Below are positions 8,438-17,700 of a stretch of DNA of 31,779 nt, piece by piece (position 1 is the first letter of the stretch; each line of letters begins with the position of its first letter). A model generated the notes under the pieces. It saw only the letters and a list, made by a program, of their open reading frames with translations. It was not told where the DNA came from and searched no databases. The translations under genes and the position numbers were made by a program. The stretch is taken from the IMG/VR virus record IMGVR_UViG_3300037501_000232, positions 1 to 31,779 of that record; one strand, given 5' to 3'. Origin of the DNA: a virus. Lineage: Duplodnaviria; Caudoviricetes.

Positions 8438-9568
8438 TCAGTCTTCTTCATCCCGACCACCGCCCGCCAGGTGGAAGTAGGGCTTCCCCTTCGAGATGCG
8501 GAGGAACAGCATCTTTTGGTCGAGCTGGTCACGCGGGATGATTTGGTAACCCGCCTGCTGCACCAGGATCAGGCCATCAGTGTGACCGAAGACCTGGCTC
8601 GCCTTGACGGGCGCGTTGACGACGTTTTCGATGAATGCGTCCGGATTGAGGAATGCCGGGTGATTGAGCGCCGACCGCAGCATGTCGGCCGGCGTCACCT
8701 TCATCTCGTCGGGGGCCAGATCCAGTGCCTTGCCGACCTTGACGTAGGTCGTGGTGTCGACGGGCTTCTTGATGGCGACGTCGGCATCGGTGTCGCCCAA
8801 TTCGACGTACTTCTCTTCACCCAGCACCAGCAACGCCCGAGCGACGCTCTCACTGAGCAAGGCTGAGTGGATCAGCAACAGCGTGTCGCCCAGGGCCCGC
8901 AATCGTTTGGCGCCGATCTCGCCGCGTAGGATCCACTGGACCGCCGTCTGGCCCTTGGTCTCGGGCTTGGTGGCGAAATCAACGATCTTCTGATAGATGT
9001 CATTTGGGTACATCTCGCGTGCTGCAGCGACCATCTCAGGCGTTGCACCTGACCCAAACACCTGGTCAATCTTCTTGGCGACGTTCTTGAGCTTGGTCAG
9101 GTTGGCTTCGAGCGCAGCGATGCCTTCTGACTCGACGCGGACGCCGCCGTACCAACCTCCCGTCGGTTCCTTGACCTCGAACCTCCCGTAGGGCGTCTGG
9201 AGATCGAAAGTTGCACTGCCGCCCTGGACCTCGCCGTCAAGGATCTTGGCCAGGCGACGCTCACCTGGGCCCACGCCCTCGCTCTTGGCATACGGGATCT
9301 TCTGGACTTCCTTGGGCCAGAGGATGATCTTGTTGTAGTCCAGCGCCTTCTTTGCCGTCGGCGCGTTGAGGCGCTTGGGCTTCATCGTCGTGAGCTCATC
9401 GTCAGGCGCCGAAGACCGACGCCGGCGCGGCGGTGCAACGCCAGTCTTCGGCGCCGCGTCGGGGTCTGACAGGCCCGGATCATCCTGAGCCGCCCTGGAG
9501 CGGGGCATCGCTTCCACCATTAGGCGAACAGCGTCTCGCAGCATCACTCGCGTCCTCAACGTGCTCAT
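8438..9568 (-). CDS. putative PD-(D/E)XK nuclease-like protein, probable virion cargo
   Basis: GPGE..L...FDL......FEVKE motif; leader MLRDAVRLMVE; TAGTTA box 5 nt upstream. Confidence 0.6.
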   Translation of the reverse strand: MSTLRTRVMLRDAVRLMVEAMPRSRAAQDDPGLSDPDAAPKTGVAPPRRRRSSAPDDELTTMKPKRLNAPTAKKALDYNKIILWPKEVQKIPYAKSEGVGPGERRLAKILDGEVQGGSATFDLQTPYGRFEVKEPTGGWYGGVRVESEGIAALEANLTKLKNVAKKIDQVFGSGATPEMVAAAREMYPNDIYQKIVDFATKPETKGQTAVQWILRGEIGAKRLRALGDTLLLIHSALLSESVARALLVLGEEKYVELGDTDADVAIKKPVDTTTYVKVGKALDLAPDEMKVTPADMLRSALNHPAFLNPDAFIENVVNAPVKASQVFGHTDGLILVQQAGYQIIPRDQLDQKMLFLRISKGKPYFHLAGGGRDEED

Positions 9569-9573
9569 GTTGA

Positions 9574-9579
9574 TAACTA
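9574..9579 (-). promoter_or_regulatory. putative late promoter box TAGTTA
   Basis: 5 nt before ATG 9568; overlaps upstream TAG stop. Confidence 0.6.
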
Positions 9580-11742
9580 TCTCCCCTTGGCGACCTGGTC
9601 GATGTAGGCGAGCGCCTCGTCGGGATTGTCGCCCAACATGTGCGGCGTCTTGGCGACGAGCTCACGCATCTCCTGGGCAAATGAGGCCAGGATCTCGCGG
9701 GCCTGTGCCTTCAGGGCCGGTGACTTCCGCAGCGCGGCGACGAGGCCCTCGAAGGTACGGATGTCGTGGGCCGCGGTGCCCTTGCCAAACATGACCTGGG
9801 CGATCTTGTCGGGATCATCGCTGATGAGCTCGCGCTCCAGCGTCTTCCAGTCCTTAAGGGGCTTCTTCGGGTCCTTGCCGCGCTTGGTCTGCACTACCTT
9901 GTACAGGCCCTTGTCGAAGTCGACGGTGTAGCGCGTCCTGTCGAGCTCGGTCTGCTTACCCGGGAACGTTTTCTCGGCAGCGAACCTGTTGATGACGTTG
10001 AGCAACACGTTGCGGACGACGCCCTTGACGGGTGAGTAGTCGGCGTGGCCCTGCGTCGGCGAGGTGCCGAACCTCGACCAGGTCAAGTAGCTGGCCTTGC
10101 CCAACATGACGTCGACCTGGACGTAATTGCCCGACAGGCCACCTCCCTTGACGTGGGCCGGGTAGCGCAGCGTCACGATGTTGGGGCCCACCTTGACGGC
10201 GGAGTCGGCGCCCAACATGTCCTTTGCCATGTCGAACAGCTCGTCGCGAGTCCCTGGGAACTCCGCCGCCAGGTCGACGTCTCCCATCACCGGCTTCTTG
10301 CCCGTGGTGCCGATGAACTCGACCTTGGTGACGCCCATTGTCTTCAGGTCGTCCTTGAGGTGCGGCCACGTCGCCTGGAAGTCCGCCAGCTCGATGGGCT
10401 TGACGTCGGGAAATGCGTGACCGCCTTCCTTCAACAGCCTGCGCAGGGCGTGCTTCAGCAGCGCCTCGCCGATGTCCATCTTGGGCACGCCCTTGCGGCC
10501 ATACTTGAACAGCGACAGGATCTGGTGCGCCGGGGCGAAGGCGCCCGTGAACTTGTAGGCCTGGCCCTTGTAGAAGAAGACGACGCCCTCCATCGCCGCG
10601 CCGATGTTCTCGACGCTGCCCAGGCGTGCCATCTCCTTCTGCAGCACGTCCATGGCGATCTGGTTACCGCTGCCTTCGATGGCCCGGATCGCCTTGGACA
10701 CCTGCGCCTGCAGCCGGGCGACCTCCTCGTCGGACTTGGCGATGAGGGTCGAGTTGAGGCCTCGCAGCACCTCGATGGCGAAGCGGTGGATGGCACCCTC
10801 AATGGGGGCGACCATACGCTTCTTCAGCGGCTCCGACGCCTTGATGAAGTCAACGACGGTCGCCTGCAGCTCCTTGGGCGTTGCCTTCTTGATCTCTGGG
10901 ATGCCTGGCGCGCCAGGCGCCTCGACGGCGCGCTCGACGACCATCTTGGCGATCTTGGGAGGCAGCTTCAGGTCAGCGACTTCCTCGGACATCAGGCTGC
11001 GCAGGTAGTCGTAGACGCTGTTGCCGTCGCTGACGCCCGCCGCGGCCATCGCCTGGTCGATGTCGCTGATGGCCTTCTGGGCGATGCTGCCGTCCGACAG
11101 CTTCTTCATGGTGAGCAGCGACGGCCCGCGGACCTTCCAGTCCTTCATGCTGACGGCCTTCTGCATCTGTTCGATCTTCGACGTCAGCAGGCCCACGCCA
11201 CTGTCGTCGTCAGACTGTTCGACGCTGCCGTCCTTTTGGACCTCGAAGATGGGCCATCCGTGGAAGACGATGTTGTTGCTGTCATAGTTGATGGTGTTGG
11301 GATCAGGCGCGTAGATGATCTCCATCGAATACCACCTGGTGCCCCTGGGACCGAAGACCTTCGCCTTCACCTTGTCAGGCAATGCCCCCAGCGCCTCGTT
11401 GAGGACCTTGAAAGCGGTGTTGAAGGCCAACTCCACGTTGCCGCGACCGAAGAACTTCTTGGCCAACGCGCCGGCGTCCATGCCGCCCCCTTTGATGTCG
11501 GTGCCCGTCCGCGCCACCTTCAAGCGACCCTCGGTCGCGTCGTAGGTGAAGACGAGGTTCATGCCGTCGAGCTTCTCCGACGTCTTCTCCAGCTTGCCCT
11601 CCGAGGCCCGGCTGATGACGTCTTTGAGCTCGCCGAAGGTCAGTTCCAGGTTGTCGTACAGGTGCTGCAGGTGACCCGCGGCGCCGCCCTCCCTGAGGAC
11701 CGCCCATTCCAGGACCAACCTGCGTAACTCCTCGCGCCTCAC
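9577..11742 (-). CDS. two-domain protein: ligase-like (KxDG) nucleotidyltransferase plus pol-beta-type nucleotidyltransferase
   Basis: SEKLDGMN, MEII, MEGVVF, YKFTG ligase-type motifs; IGTTGKKPVMGDVDLA and VQVDVM pol-beta motifs. Confidence 0.7.
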   Translation of the reverse strand: MRREELRRLVLEWAVLREGGAAGHLQHLYDNLELTFGELKDVISRASEGKLEKTSEKLDGMNLVFTYDATEGRLKVARTGTDIKGGGMDAGALAKKFFGRGNVELAFNTAFKVLNEALGALPDKVKAKVFGPRGTRWYSMEIIYAPDPNTINYDSNNIVFHGWPIFEVQKDGSVEQSDDDSGVGLLTSKIEQMQKAVSMKDWKVRGPSLLTMKKLSDGSIAQKAISDIDQAMAAAGVSDGNSVYDYLRSLMSEEVADLKLPPKIAKMVVERAVEAPGAPGIPEIKKATPKELQATVVDFIKASEPLKKRMVAPIEGAIHRFAIEVLRGLNSTLIAKSDEEVARLQAQVSKAIRAIEGSGNQIAMDVLQKEMARLGSVENIGAAMEGVVFFYKGQAYKFTGAFAPAHQILSLFKYGRKGVPKMDIGEALLKHALRRLLKEGGHAFPDVKPIELADFQATWPHLKDDLKTMGVTKVEFIGTTGKKPVMGDVDLAAEFPGTRDELFDMAKDMLGADSAVKVGPNIVTLRYPAHVKGGGLSGNYVQVDVMLGKASYLTWSRFGTSPTQGHADYSPVKGVVRNVLLNVINRFAAEKTFPGKQTELDRTRYTVDFDKGLYKVVQTKRGKDPKKPLKDWKTLERELISDDPDKIAQVMFGKGTAAHDIRTFEGLVAALRKSPALKAQAREILASFAQEMRELVAKTPHMLGDNPDEALAYIDQVAKGR

Positions 11743-12344
11743 TTTCGCGCCTTCGCCCTTCCTGTCGAATCGCGGACGCGCAGGATCCTGTCCGCTCGCG
11801 CGTCGGCTGACGATTGGGGCCTGTAGTCCATGCGCGACAGCTCCTGCTTGCGCCTGTCGTGGAGCCAGGCGACGAAGCCGTCGGTTACCGTCGCCGGCAG
11901 TTCGCCGGCGTCCATCTGCTTGGTGACCTCGCGCTTGGCGCGGCCCAACGCCCTGGGATCGGGGGCCTGCAGGATTGACCGGACCGCGGCATCGACACGC
12001 TCGTCGCCCGAACCCGCGGCCAGCGCCTGCCAGCGCTCCTCGGCACTCACTGTCGGCTCGTCGATGGCCTCCTTGACGGGCCTGGCCCTCAGTGCTGCTC
12101 GCTTCGCGCTCGACAGTTCCGACTTCAGGCGAGAGATCAGCCTGGAGTAGTTGGCGCGGGCCTCGCTGCCCCGGCGCTGCTTGTCGCGCCAGCGCGACAG
12201 GTCGGCGATGCGGACCTCGAGGTCTTTGATGTGCTTGGTCGACCCGTGCGGCACGCGTGAGCCGTCGGAGATGTCGGCCTCCCGCATCTTTCGCTCAACG
12301 ACGAGCTCGATGAACTCATCGAGCGTTGACCTTGGGTCCCCCAT
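11739..12344 (-). CDS. hypothetical protein (201 aa)
   Basis: Clean ORF, GGAG RBS, leader FIELVVERKMRE, GTGA-coupled to next gene. Confidence 0.75.
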   Translation of the reverse strand: MGDPRSTLDEFIELVVERKMREADISDGSRVPHGSTKHIKDLEVRIADLSRWRDKQRRGSEARANYSRLISRLKSELSSAKRAALRARPVKEAIDEPTVSAEERWQALAAGSGDERVDAAVRSILQAPDPRALGRAKREVTKQMDAGELPATVTDGFVAWLHDRRKQELSRMDYRPQSSADARADRILRVRDSTGRAKARK

Positions 12345-12546
12345 TCAGCATCTCTCCTTCGGCCTTGTCGACGGCGGTCTTGAATGCGCCGAAGACGAAC
12401 ATACGTAGGTGGTCATCGTCGACGGGTGCGTCCGATGGCAGTCCGAAGTGCAGCCTGACCCGCTCGTAGAAGCCGGGCATCACGGTGAGTTCGAGGGTGC
12501 CGCCCTTGGGCAGCGGGATGTGGCGCGTTTCCTCGGTGGGTTCCAT
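12316..12546 (-). CDS. hypothetical protein (76 aa)
   Basis: Start at ATG 12546, 7 nt after a TAAGAT -10 box (12554-12559). Confidence 0.65.
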   Translation of the reverse strand: MEPTEETRHIPLPKGGTLELTVMPGFYERVRLHFGLPSDAPVDDDHLRMFVFGAFKTAVDKAEGEMLNGGPKVNAR

Positions 12547-12578
12547 GGCCACCATCTTACGTCGCCGGCGCGCCATGG

Positions 12579-13166
12579 TCACTTCCTCTTGGGCGTGATG
12601 GGTACCGGCCCCGACGTGTCCTCGCCGCCCTTGGGCTTCTCCTTGGGTGCCGCGGCCTTGATGACGTTGGGCTCGATGTGCTTGGTCTTCTGCTTCTGGC
12701 CCTTCTCCATCTCGACTCCGGCAGGAGATGCGCTGGGATCGACGGCCTGCTGGCCCGGGATCTCACCGGTGACGATCTGGGCGATGCCCTTCATGAACGC
12801 CAACAGTGCCACCTTCTCGGCCTTCGTCAGGCTGCCAACGTACTCCTCCATCGCCAACTTGACCTGGTCGTCCTTGAACGACTTGCCGGACCGGATGGCG
12901 TTGAGCTTGTCGACGATGTCGCGGGGTTCGACGTCGCCCTGCTGCAGCTTCTCGGTCTCATCGTCCATCGTCTTGGAGCTGGCGTCTCCGTCCCCGTCGC
13001 CCGAATTGTCTGTGCCGCCCTGTGCGCCTCCCGACGCCTGGGCCTGCTTTTCCTTCTCCTGGAGCGCCTTCTGGACCAGCGCCGACTTAACGCTCTCCTG
13101 GATGACGCCATCGAGGAACGTGGCCAGGCTGGAGCCCGTCTTCAGCACCGTTTTCTGTCCCGACAT
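12579..13166 (-). CDS. hypothetical protein (195 aa)
   Basis: Start re-assigned to ATG 13166 (TGATG coupling); the extra N-terminus in the ORF track is a shadow frame. Confidence 0.75.
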   Translation of the reverse strand: MSGQKTVLKTGSSLATFLDGVIQESVKSALVQKALQEKEKQAQASGGAQGGTDNSGDGDGDASSKTMDDETEKLQQGDVEPRDIVDKLNAIRSGKSFKDDQVKLAMEEYVGSLTKAEKVALLAFMKGIAQIVTGEIPGQQAVDPSASPAGVEMEKGQKQKTKHIEPNVIKAAAPKEKPKGGEDTSGPVPITPKRK

Positions 13167-13498
13167 CACTTGCCTCCATAGCGGATCTTGTTGAGGGGCC
13201 TGTCCTGGTGCCTGGCGGCGCGCAGGCGCTGTGGGCTGTCCTCCTCGTGCTTCGGAGCCACGCGGTTGTGGCCTTCCTCCACCAGGATGCGGTCCATGAA
13301 CTTGTTGAAGCCTGCGGCCTCGCCCAGCCGGCGGCGATCCATCGCCATGTCGGCGTAGAAGTCCCGTTGGGTTTGTTCCTCTTCCTCGGCCCGGTGACCT
13401 GCCTCCTCTTCGGCGCACCTCGCGCAAATGTGGGTGTCGGCCCCCATCGGGACCAGGTCGTCGGCTACCTCGCCGCACATGTCGCAAACGTCGTGCAT
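13166..13498 (-). CDS. small CxxC...CxxC zinc-binding protein
   Basis: CDMC...CARC; GGAG RBS; TATTTA box upstream. Confidence 0.7.
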   Translation of the reverse strand: MHDVCDMCGEVADDLVPMGADTHICARCAEEEAGHRAEEEEQTQRDFYADMAMDRRRLGEAAGFNKFMDRILVEEGHNRVAPKHEEDSPQRLRAARHQDRPLNKIRYGGK

Positions 13499-13515
13499 GG
13501 CAAACTCCAGTACTC

Positions 13516-13521
13516 TAAATA
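13516..13521 (-). promoter_or_regulatory. putative late promoter box TATTTA
   Basis: CCTATTTAG in the intergenic gap before RBS and ATG 13498. Confidence 0.6.
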
Positions 13522-13540
13522 GGTAACCCGCGAGGTGTGC

Positions 13541-13945
13541 TTAAACCTTCTTTGCACGCTGCAGCTGCAAGGCCAACACGCAGGTCTGGGTCAGCGGGTC
13601 GATCTCTTGGATGCGTGCGGCCTTGACGGTGAACGGCCCAGGCATCTCGAGGGTGGTCTCCTCGCCGTGCTGTAGCTCGAACTTCTCGAAGCGGAGCTCA
13701 TTGGCTCGCACTGTTGCCAATGCTTCGGCAAGTTCGACTTTGAATTCAATCTCCGGGTGGACGTCGAACAACACCGTCCGCAGCAGGCCGGTGAGGGGCA
13801 GGTGCTGCGTGCCGATGTGACGGTCGGCGATGACGTGGACGTACTGTCCCTGTAGTTGATCGACCATCTCCGACTCGAGCTCGGGCAACCGGCCCTTCAA
13901 GGCGTCGCTCATCAGGATGCATGATGGGTCAGGCTTCAGTTCCAT
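13541..13945 (-). CDS. hypothetical protein (~134 aa)
   Basis: GC-rich coding resumes at about 13945; GGAG upstream; start uncertain. Confidence 0.65.
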   Translation of the reverse strand: MELKPDPSCILMSDALKGRLPELESEMVDQLQGQYVHVIADRHIGTQHLPLTGLLRTVLFDVHPEIEFKVELAEALATVRANELRFEKFELQHGEETTLEMPGPFTVKAARIQEIDPLTQTCVLALQLQRAKKV

Positions 13946-14459
13946 GTATTCTCCTTCGACGAGCCTCACTGATTTTTCGACGTGTTTCTTCAGAACATGG
14001 ACGTCCCGTAAGCCCTCGAGCGATTTTAGCTCGTGTTTCATCTGAGTGTCGTCGGCCTTGCGCGCGCTCACTCATACGTTGTCGAGCCTCAGATGACATT
14101 TTCTTTCCCACGCTGGCTTTTGCAATCTTAACACGATGTTCTGGCGTCAGGTGTTTTCCAAAGCGGGGATGATTCTTACCACGCATTACTCGTGAGTTAC
14201 GACCGCCTTCTCCAAGTTGTATCCATACTCGATCGAATAAAGCCTAATGATCCAATCGCGCTCAGCCTGTTGAACATTCCTGAAGAACGATCACCTCAAA
14301 TGCGTCTTCACCGTAAGCTCGCAACGCACAATGAAAAGGCAACACACTTCCTTGTTGCGCTGCTCTTACGTGCCCTCGCCATCGTCGATGAAGAGGCAGC
14401 GTTGTCTGTCCCACGTAGGACTTACCGCTTGTGCGGTTCAAAACCTGGTAGACCTTCAC
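13929..14459 (-). pseudogene. degenerate GIY-YIG/NUMOD3 homing endonuclease (two frameshifts)
   Basis: KVYQVLN..GKSYVGQT in one frame, QAERDWI...YGYNL in a second, EGG plus NUMOD3 repeats in a third. Confidence 0.8.
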
Positions 14460-14820
14460 CAGGAGAATATACTACGTCTTTGAAGAGCACGTCTGCAAAT
14501 CGAGCATATTCACGATCCAACTCCGTCACGCGGTCGACGTCGTGGGTGACGACCCGCAACGTCACCGTGTCCGACTCGATGACGATGGTGGCGTTGTGTC
14601 TGACCTCGCGCTCATAGTCGAGCAGGCCCATCAGGAACCTGTCGCGGTCCCCATCACGCCTGAACATGTACCGTTTGGTCAATGCACCGTCGACCTGGCG
14701 CCACCGCTCGACGGCCAACACCGGTGCCTCGGCCTCCCGAGGCTCGACGGGCAGCGCGCCGAACGTCATCGGGCGATTGGCCTTCTCGATGAACTCGCGG
14801 TGCAGCTGCTTCAGGCTCAT
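14422..14820 (-). CDS. phhB: pterin-4-alpha-carbinolamine dehydratase-like protein
   Basis: W...ALTKRYMF...HNATI...THDVDRVTELD pattern. Confidence 0.75.
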   Translation of the reverse strand: MSLKQLHREFIEKANRPMTFGALPVEPREAEAPVLAVERWRQVDGALTKRYMFRRDGDRDRFLMGLLDYEREVRHNATIVIESDTVTLRVVTHDVDRVTELDREYARFADVLFKDVVYSPGEGLPGFEPHKR

Positions 14821-15587
14821 CCCGTCACCACGATCCCGCCGACGACGGCCGCCTCGGTGAAGTTGCTGCCGTTGGTCCAGATGCGACGGTCGCGGTCAAT
14901 GATGCAGGAACCGCCCTTGAACTTCAGGTCGCGCTCCTGGCCCACCCGGTTGCTGACGATCAGGTTGGCGCGGGTCTCCTCGACCAGCTCAACCCAGGCC
15001 GAGTCCGGGTAGCCGTAGTCACCGCCCCAGTTGGTCAACAGGGCGATGGTGTCGACGGAGCCCAGGCGGTAGAACGGCACGCCGTGCTCGAACCTGTACG
15101 ACTCGCGGTACTTGTTCATGGCGTCGCGGCAGATCAGGATGCCCAGCCTGCCGGCGGGGGTGATGACGACCGGGTTGACAGCCTCAGAAGGCTGTGCCCA
15201 CAGGTTGTCGCTGCCCCACAGGTTGTGCTTCTGCGCGTTGGCCTCGAGGCCACAAGGCCCGACGACGGCGGCGCTGTTGTACAGCTTGCCCTCACAGAGT
15301 TCAGTATAGCCGAAGACGATGTGGCAGTTGAAGCGCTGGGTGATGGCGGTGAAGGCCTCGGTCTGGTAACCACCGCGGTCCTGAGCGACCTGCATCGCCT
15401 CCCGTGGCGACCGCAGCACATAGCCGCCGATGCACAGCTCGGGCAGCACCACGACGCGGGCACCCTTGGCAGCAGCCTCAAAGGACAGCTGCAGGGCGGT
15501 CGCCAGGTTCCTGTGCACGTCGAGCAGCTTAGGCTCGAACTGGACAGCGGCGACGATCGCGGCGTTGGGGACCGAGGTGACCAGCAT
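14817..15587 (-). CDS. carbon-nitrogen hydrolase (nitrilase superfamily)
   Basis: E-K-C triad: VLPEL, YNSA...QKHNLW, GILICRD; SNRVG..FKGGS. Confidence 0.9.
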   Translation of the reverse strand: MLVTSVPNAAIVAAVQFEPKLLDVHRNLATALQLSFEAAAKGARVVVLPELCIGGYVLRSPREAMQVAQDRGGYQTEAFTAITQRFNCHIVFGYTELCEGKLYNSAAVVGPCGLEANAQKHNLWGSDNLWAQPSEAVNPVVITPAGRLGILICRDAMNKYRESYRFEHGVPFYRLGSVDTIALLTNWGGDYGYPDSAWVELVEETRANLIVSNRVGQERDLKFKGGSCIIDRDRRIWTNGSNFTEAAVVGGIVVTG

Positions 15588-15590
15588 CAA

Positions 15591-17135
15591 TCACTCCCTC
15601 GGCGCATATGAAGAGGCGATCCGGCGCAGGAACGTCGGGTTGAGCAGGTCACCTTTGCGGGACTGTGAGTCGTACGTCCGCCAGCTCTCGTCGTTCGGGT
15701 CCTTGTACTGCAGCATGTACGATTCGCGGCCTTTATAGTCGGGGTTCATCCCCTGCTGAAAGACGCGGCCCGACGTTCTCTTTGCCTGGCGGGCGACCTG
15801 GTAACCGCTTTCGGTCTCCAACGCGTTCCACTCAGGATCCTTGGTGTTCAGTCGCAGCGGCACGTTGCCGGCCATGATGCGCTTGCCGTGACGTGCCTCA
15901 TTGACTTTTGGTCGCTTGCCCTCACCAAACCGAGCCCGACAAGAGGGTCCCATCTCAGGACCCGAGAACGACGTCTTACCGCAGTTCTTGCACGTCCAGC
16001 TCTCGTCCTCACCGTAGCCCGCCATCGATGGGATGGGTTCGTTCACCTCGATGTTTTCGCTGCCGCAGTGATCACACGGCGGACCCTTGCTGAGATACTT
16101 TTGGTACGCTGGGTCATCGGCGTACGGATCGGGAGGGCCAGCATCAGCGAGCTGCATGCCGACGGCACCCAGCGCCTCGCGGAGGCGCCGGCGGTGCTCA
16201 CCCATCGGGTCGTACAGCTTCTGGCCCTCCTTGCGCTTGCGGCGGATGGTCTTGCTGAGGTACTCGCGGAAACCATCTAGTTCCCGCACGATGTCTGGGT
16301 GGTCCTTCATCAGCTGGACGTCGGCGGCCGACAGCTCGCCTGTCTTTGCCAACATGTTGATGTAGTCGTTCATGGTGGTCAACACCAGGATCTCGAGGTC
16401 GTCCGGGTCGATCTCCGTCGCCGCCCAGCGCGCCTTTTCCAGCGCCTTGTCGACGGCCTGCTTGGCTCCTGCCACCGAGAATTCCAACTCCTTGGCGATC
16501 TGCTCGAAGGAGGCGCCCTCGACGTCGGCCATGCTGCCCAACGCTGTCGACTTGTAGGCGCGGCGCTTCTTGGGCTCGTCGACCGCCGCCTCGTCCTCGT
16601 CGGGTTCCGGCCTATCGTCAGCACCGCCGCCGCGGAATGCCTTGCCCAGGTCGGCCTTGGTCTTCTCCAACCGGCGCATGTACTCCGCTCCGTGAACCCC
16701 CGGTGGGATCTTCTTGACGGGCGGCAGGTCGGCCGGTGCCTCGTTCATCTGCCTGATCATCCTGCGGACGGCGCGCCGGACGGCCTCTTCGACCTGCTCG
16801 GTGCCGCCCTGTGCTGCCTTCTTCATCTCTGCATTCTCTTCAGTCTGCGCCAGTTCCGCGTCATGAACGGCGCGGACCGCCTTGTAAAACTTGGGCACGT
16901 CGTCAACGGGCACGTCCTTGGTCAGCTGCTTCAGCGCCACGTCGAGCTCAGGCTTCGTCTGTGGGACGAAGCACGGGTTCACCGGATCGGTGACCGCGGC
17001 TGACGGGTCGACAACGTCGTTGACGTTGACGGGCTCTTCCTCCTCGGGCATGGTCAGGTCGCCGAGGTGGCCGCCATCCAGCGCCTCCCTGACCAGCTCC
17101 CGCAGAGCCTCCTCGCTGACCGTGACCTGTGCCAT
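15591..17135 (-). CDS. modular probable virion protein with sigma-region-4-like HTH and zinc ribbon
   Basis: EEALRELVREAL leader; SFEQIAKELEFSVAGAKQAVDKALEK HTH; CDHC..CKNC; start ATG 17135 by TGATG coupling. Confidence 0.65.
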   Translation of the reverse strand: MAQVTVSEEALRELVREALDGGHLGDLTMPEEEEPVNVNDVVDPSAAVTDPVNPCFVPQTKPELDVALKQLTKDVPVDDVPKFYKAVRAVHDAELAQTEENAEMKKAAQGGTEQVEEAVRRAVRRMIRQMNEAPADLPPVKKIPPGVHGAEYMRRLEKTKADLGKAFRGGGADDRPEPDEDEAAVDEPKKRRAYKSTALGSMADVEGASFEQIAKELEFSVAGAKQAVDKALEKARWAATEIDPDDLEILVLTTMNDYINMLAKTGELSAADVQLMKDHPDIVRELDGFREYLSKTIRRKRKEGQKLYDPMGEHRRRLREALGAVGMQLADAGPPDPYADDPAYQKYLSKGPPCDHCGSENIEVNEPIPSMAGYGEDESWTCKNCGKTSFSGPEMGPSCRARFGEGKRPKVNEARHGKRIMAGNVPLRLNTKDPEWNALETESGYQVARQAKRTSGRVFQQGMNPDYKGRESYMLQYKDPNDESWRTYDSQSRKGDLLNPTFLRRIASSYAPRE

Positions 17136-17695
17136 CACACTTTTCCCCCGCGACGTGCCCACCAGGCACGTCGCGCTTCACTCATTTTCGCGCGAGTTTC
17201 AGGTCCGCGCTTGCTGCCTCGATTACTCTCGGAACGCCTGGCGATTATTTCAGACGAAAGTTTGCGACCCTTTCCGATCCGACTCAGAAGCCTCTTGGTT
17301 TCTTCGCTTCGCGTCTTACCACGCATAGCCTGGCGACGTTGCTCGCGAAATGTTGGGTCCTGCCATTGCGCCGTGACTGACGTGCGAATGCGTTCACGAG
17401 TTTCTTGAGCGTGACTGCAACCCTCGCCGCCCGGCGTCCAGTTACAAGCGATTGAAGATGCTTCACCGTCGTCAACGAATGTGTGCAATTCGGCAACGAG
17501 CAAGCGCTCGACCTCCAACGCATGTGAGGCGTCTTCGGTGGTCAGAACAACCTCGCGACGAATGCCGTACTTGTTCTTGACGTTCGTGTGCTTGGGATTG
17601 CGTTGCACTCGTTGTAGACGGTAGTCGTCACCCTGCCCCACGTAGAAGGGGCGGGGGATTGCTTCCTCCGTCCAGTCAACGTACACGTGGTGCAT
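17135..17695 (-). mobile_element. GIY-YIG-like homing endonuclease with NUMOD3-like tail
   Basis: HVYVD...PFYVGQG..R, E, CNWTPGGEG, HAQETRERI/SEETKRLLS; true start ATG 17695. Confidence 0.8.
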
Positions 17696-17700
17696 TACTT

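Noticed and set aside
10045-11727. 560-aa plus-strand ORF and similar long antisense ORFs (5204..6199, 12409..13194, 16299..17003)
   Set aside because: Shadows of GC-rich minus-strand genes; no motifs and unnatural composition
12579-13487. Long N-terminal extensions in the ORF track (also 17135..17983, 20251..20820, 21091..22029, 22983..23651, 26528..27130)
   Set aside because: They overlap real upstream genes in another frame; coupled or RBS-led internal starts fit better
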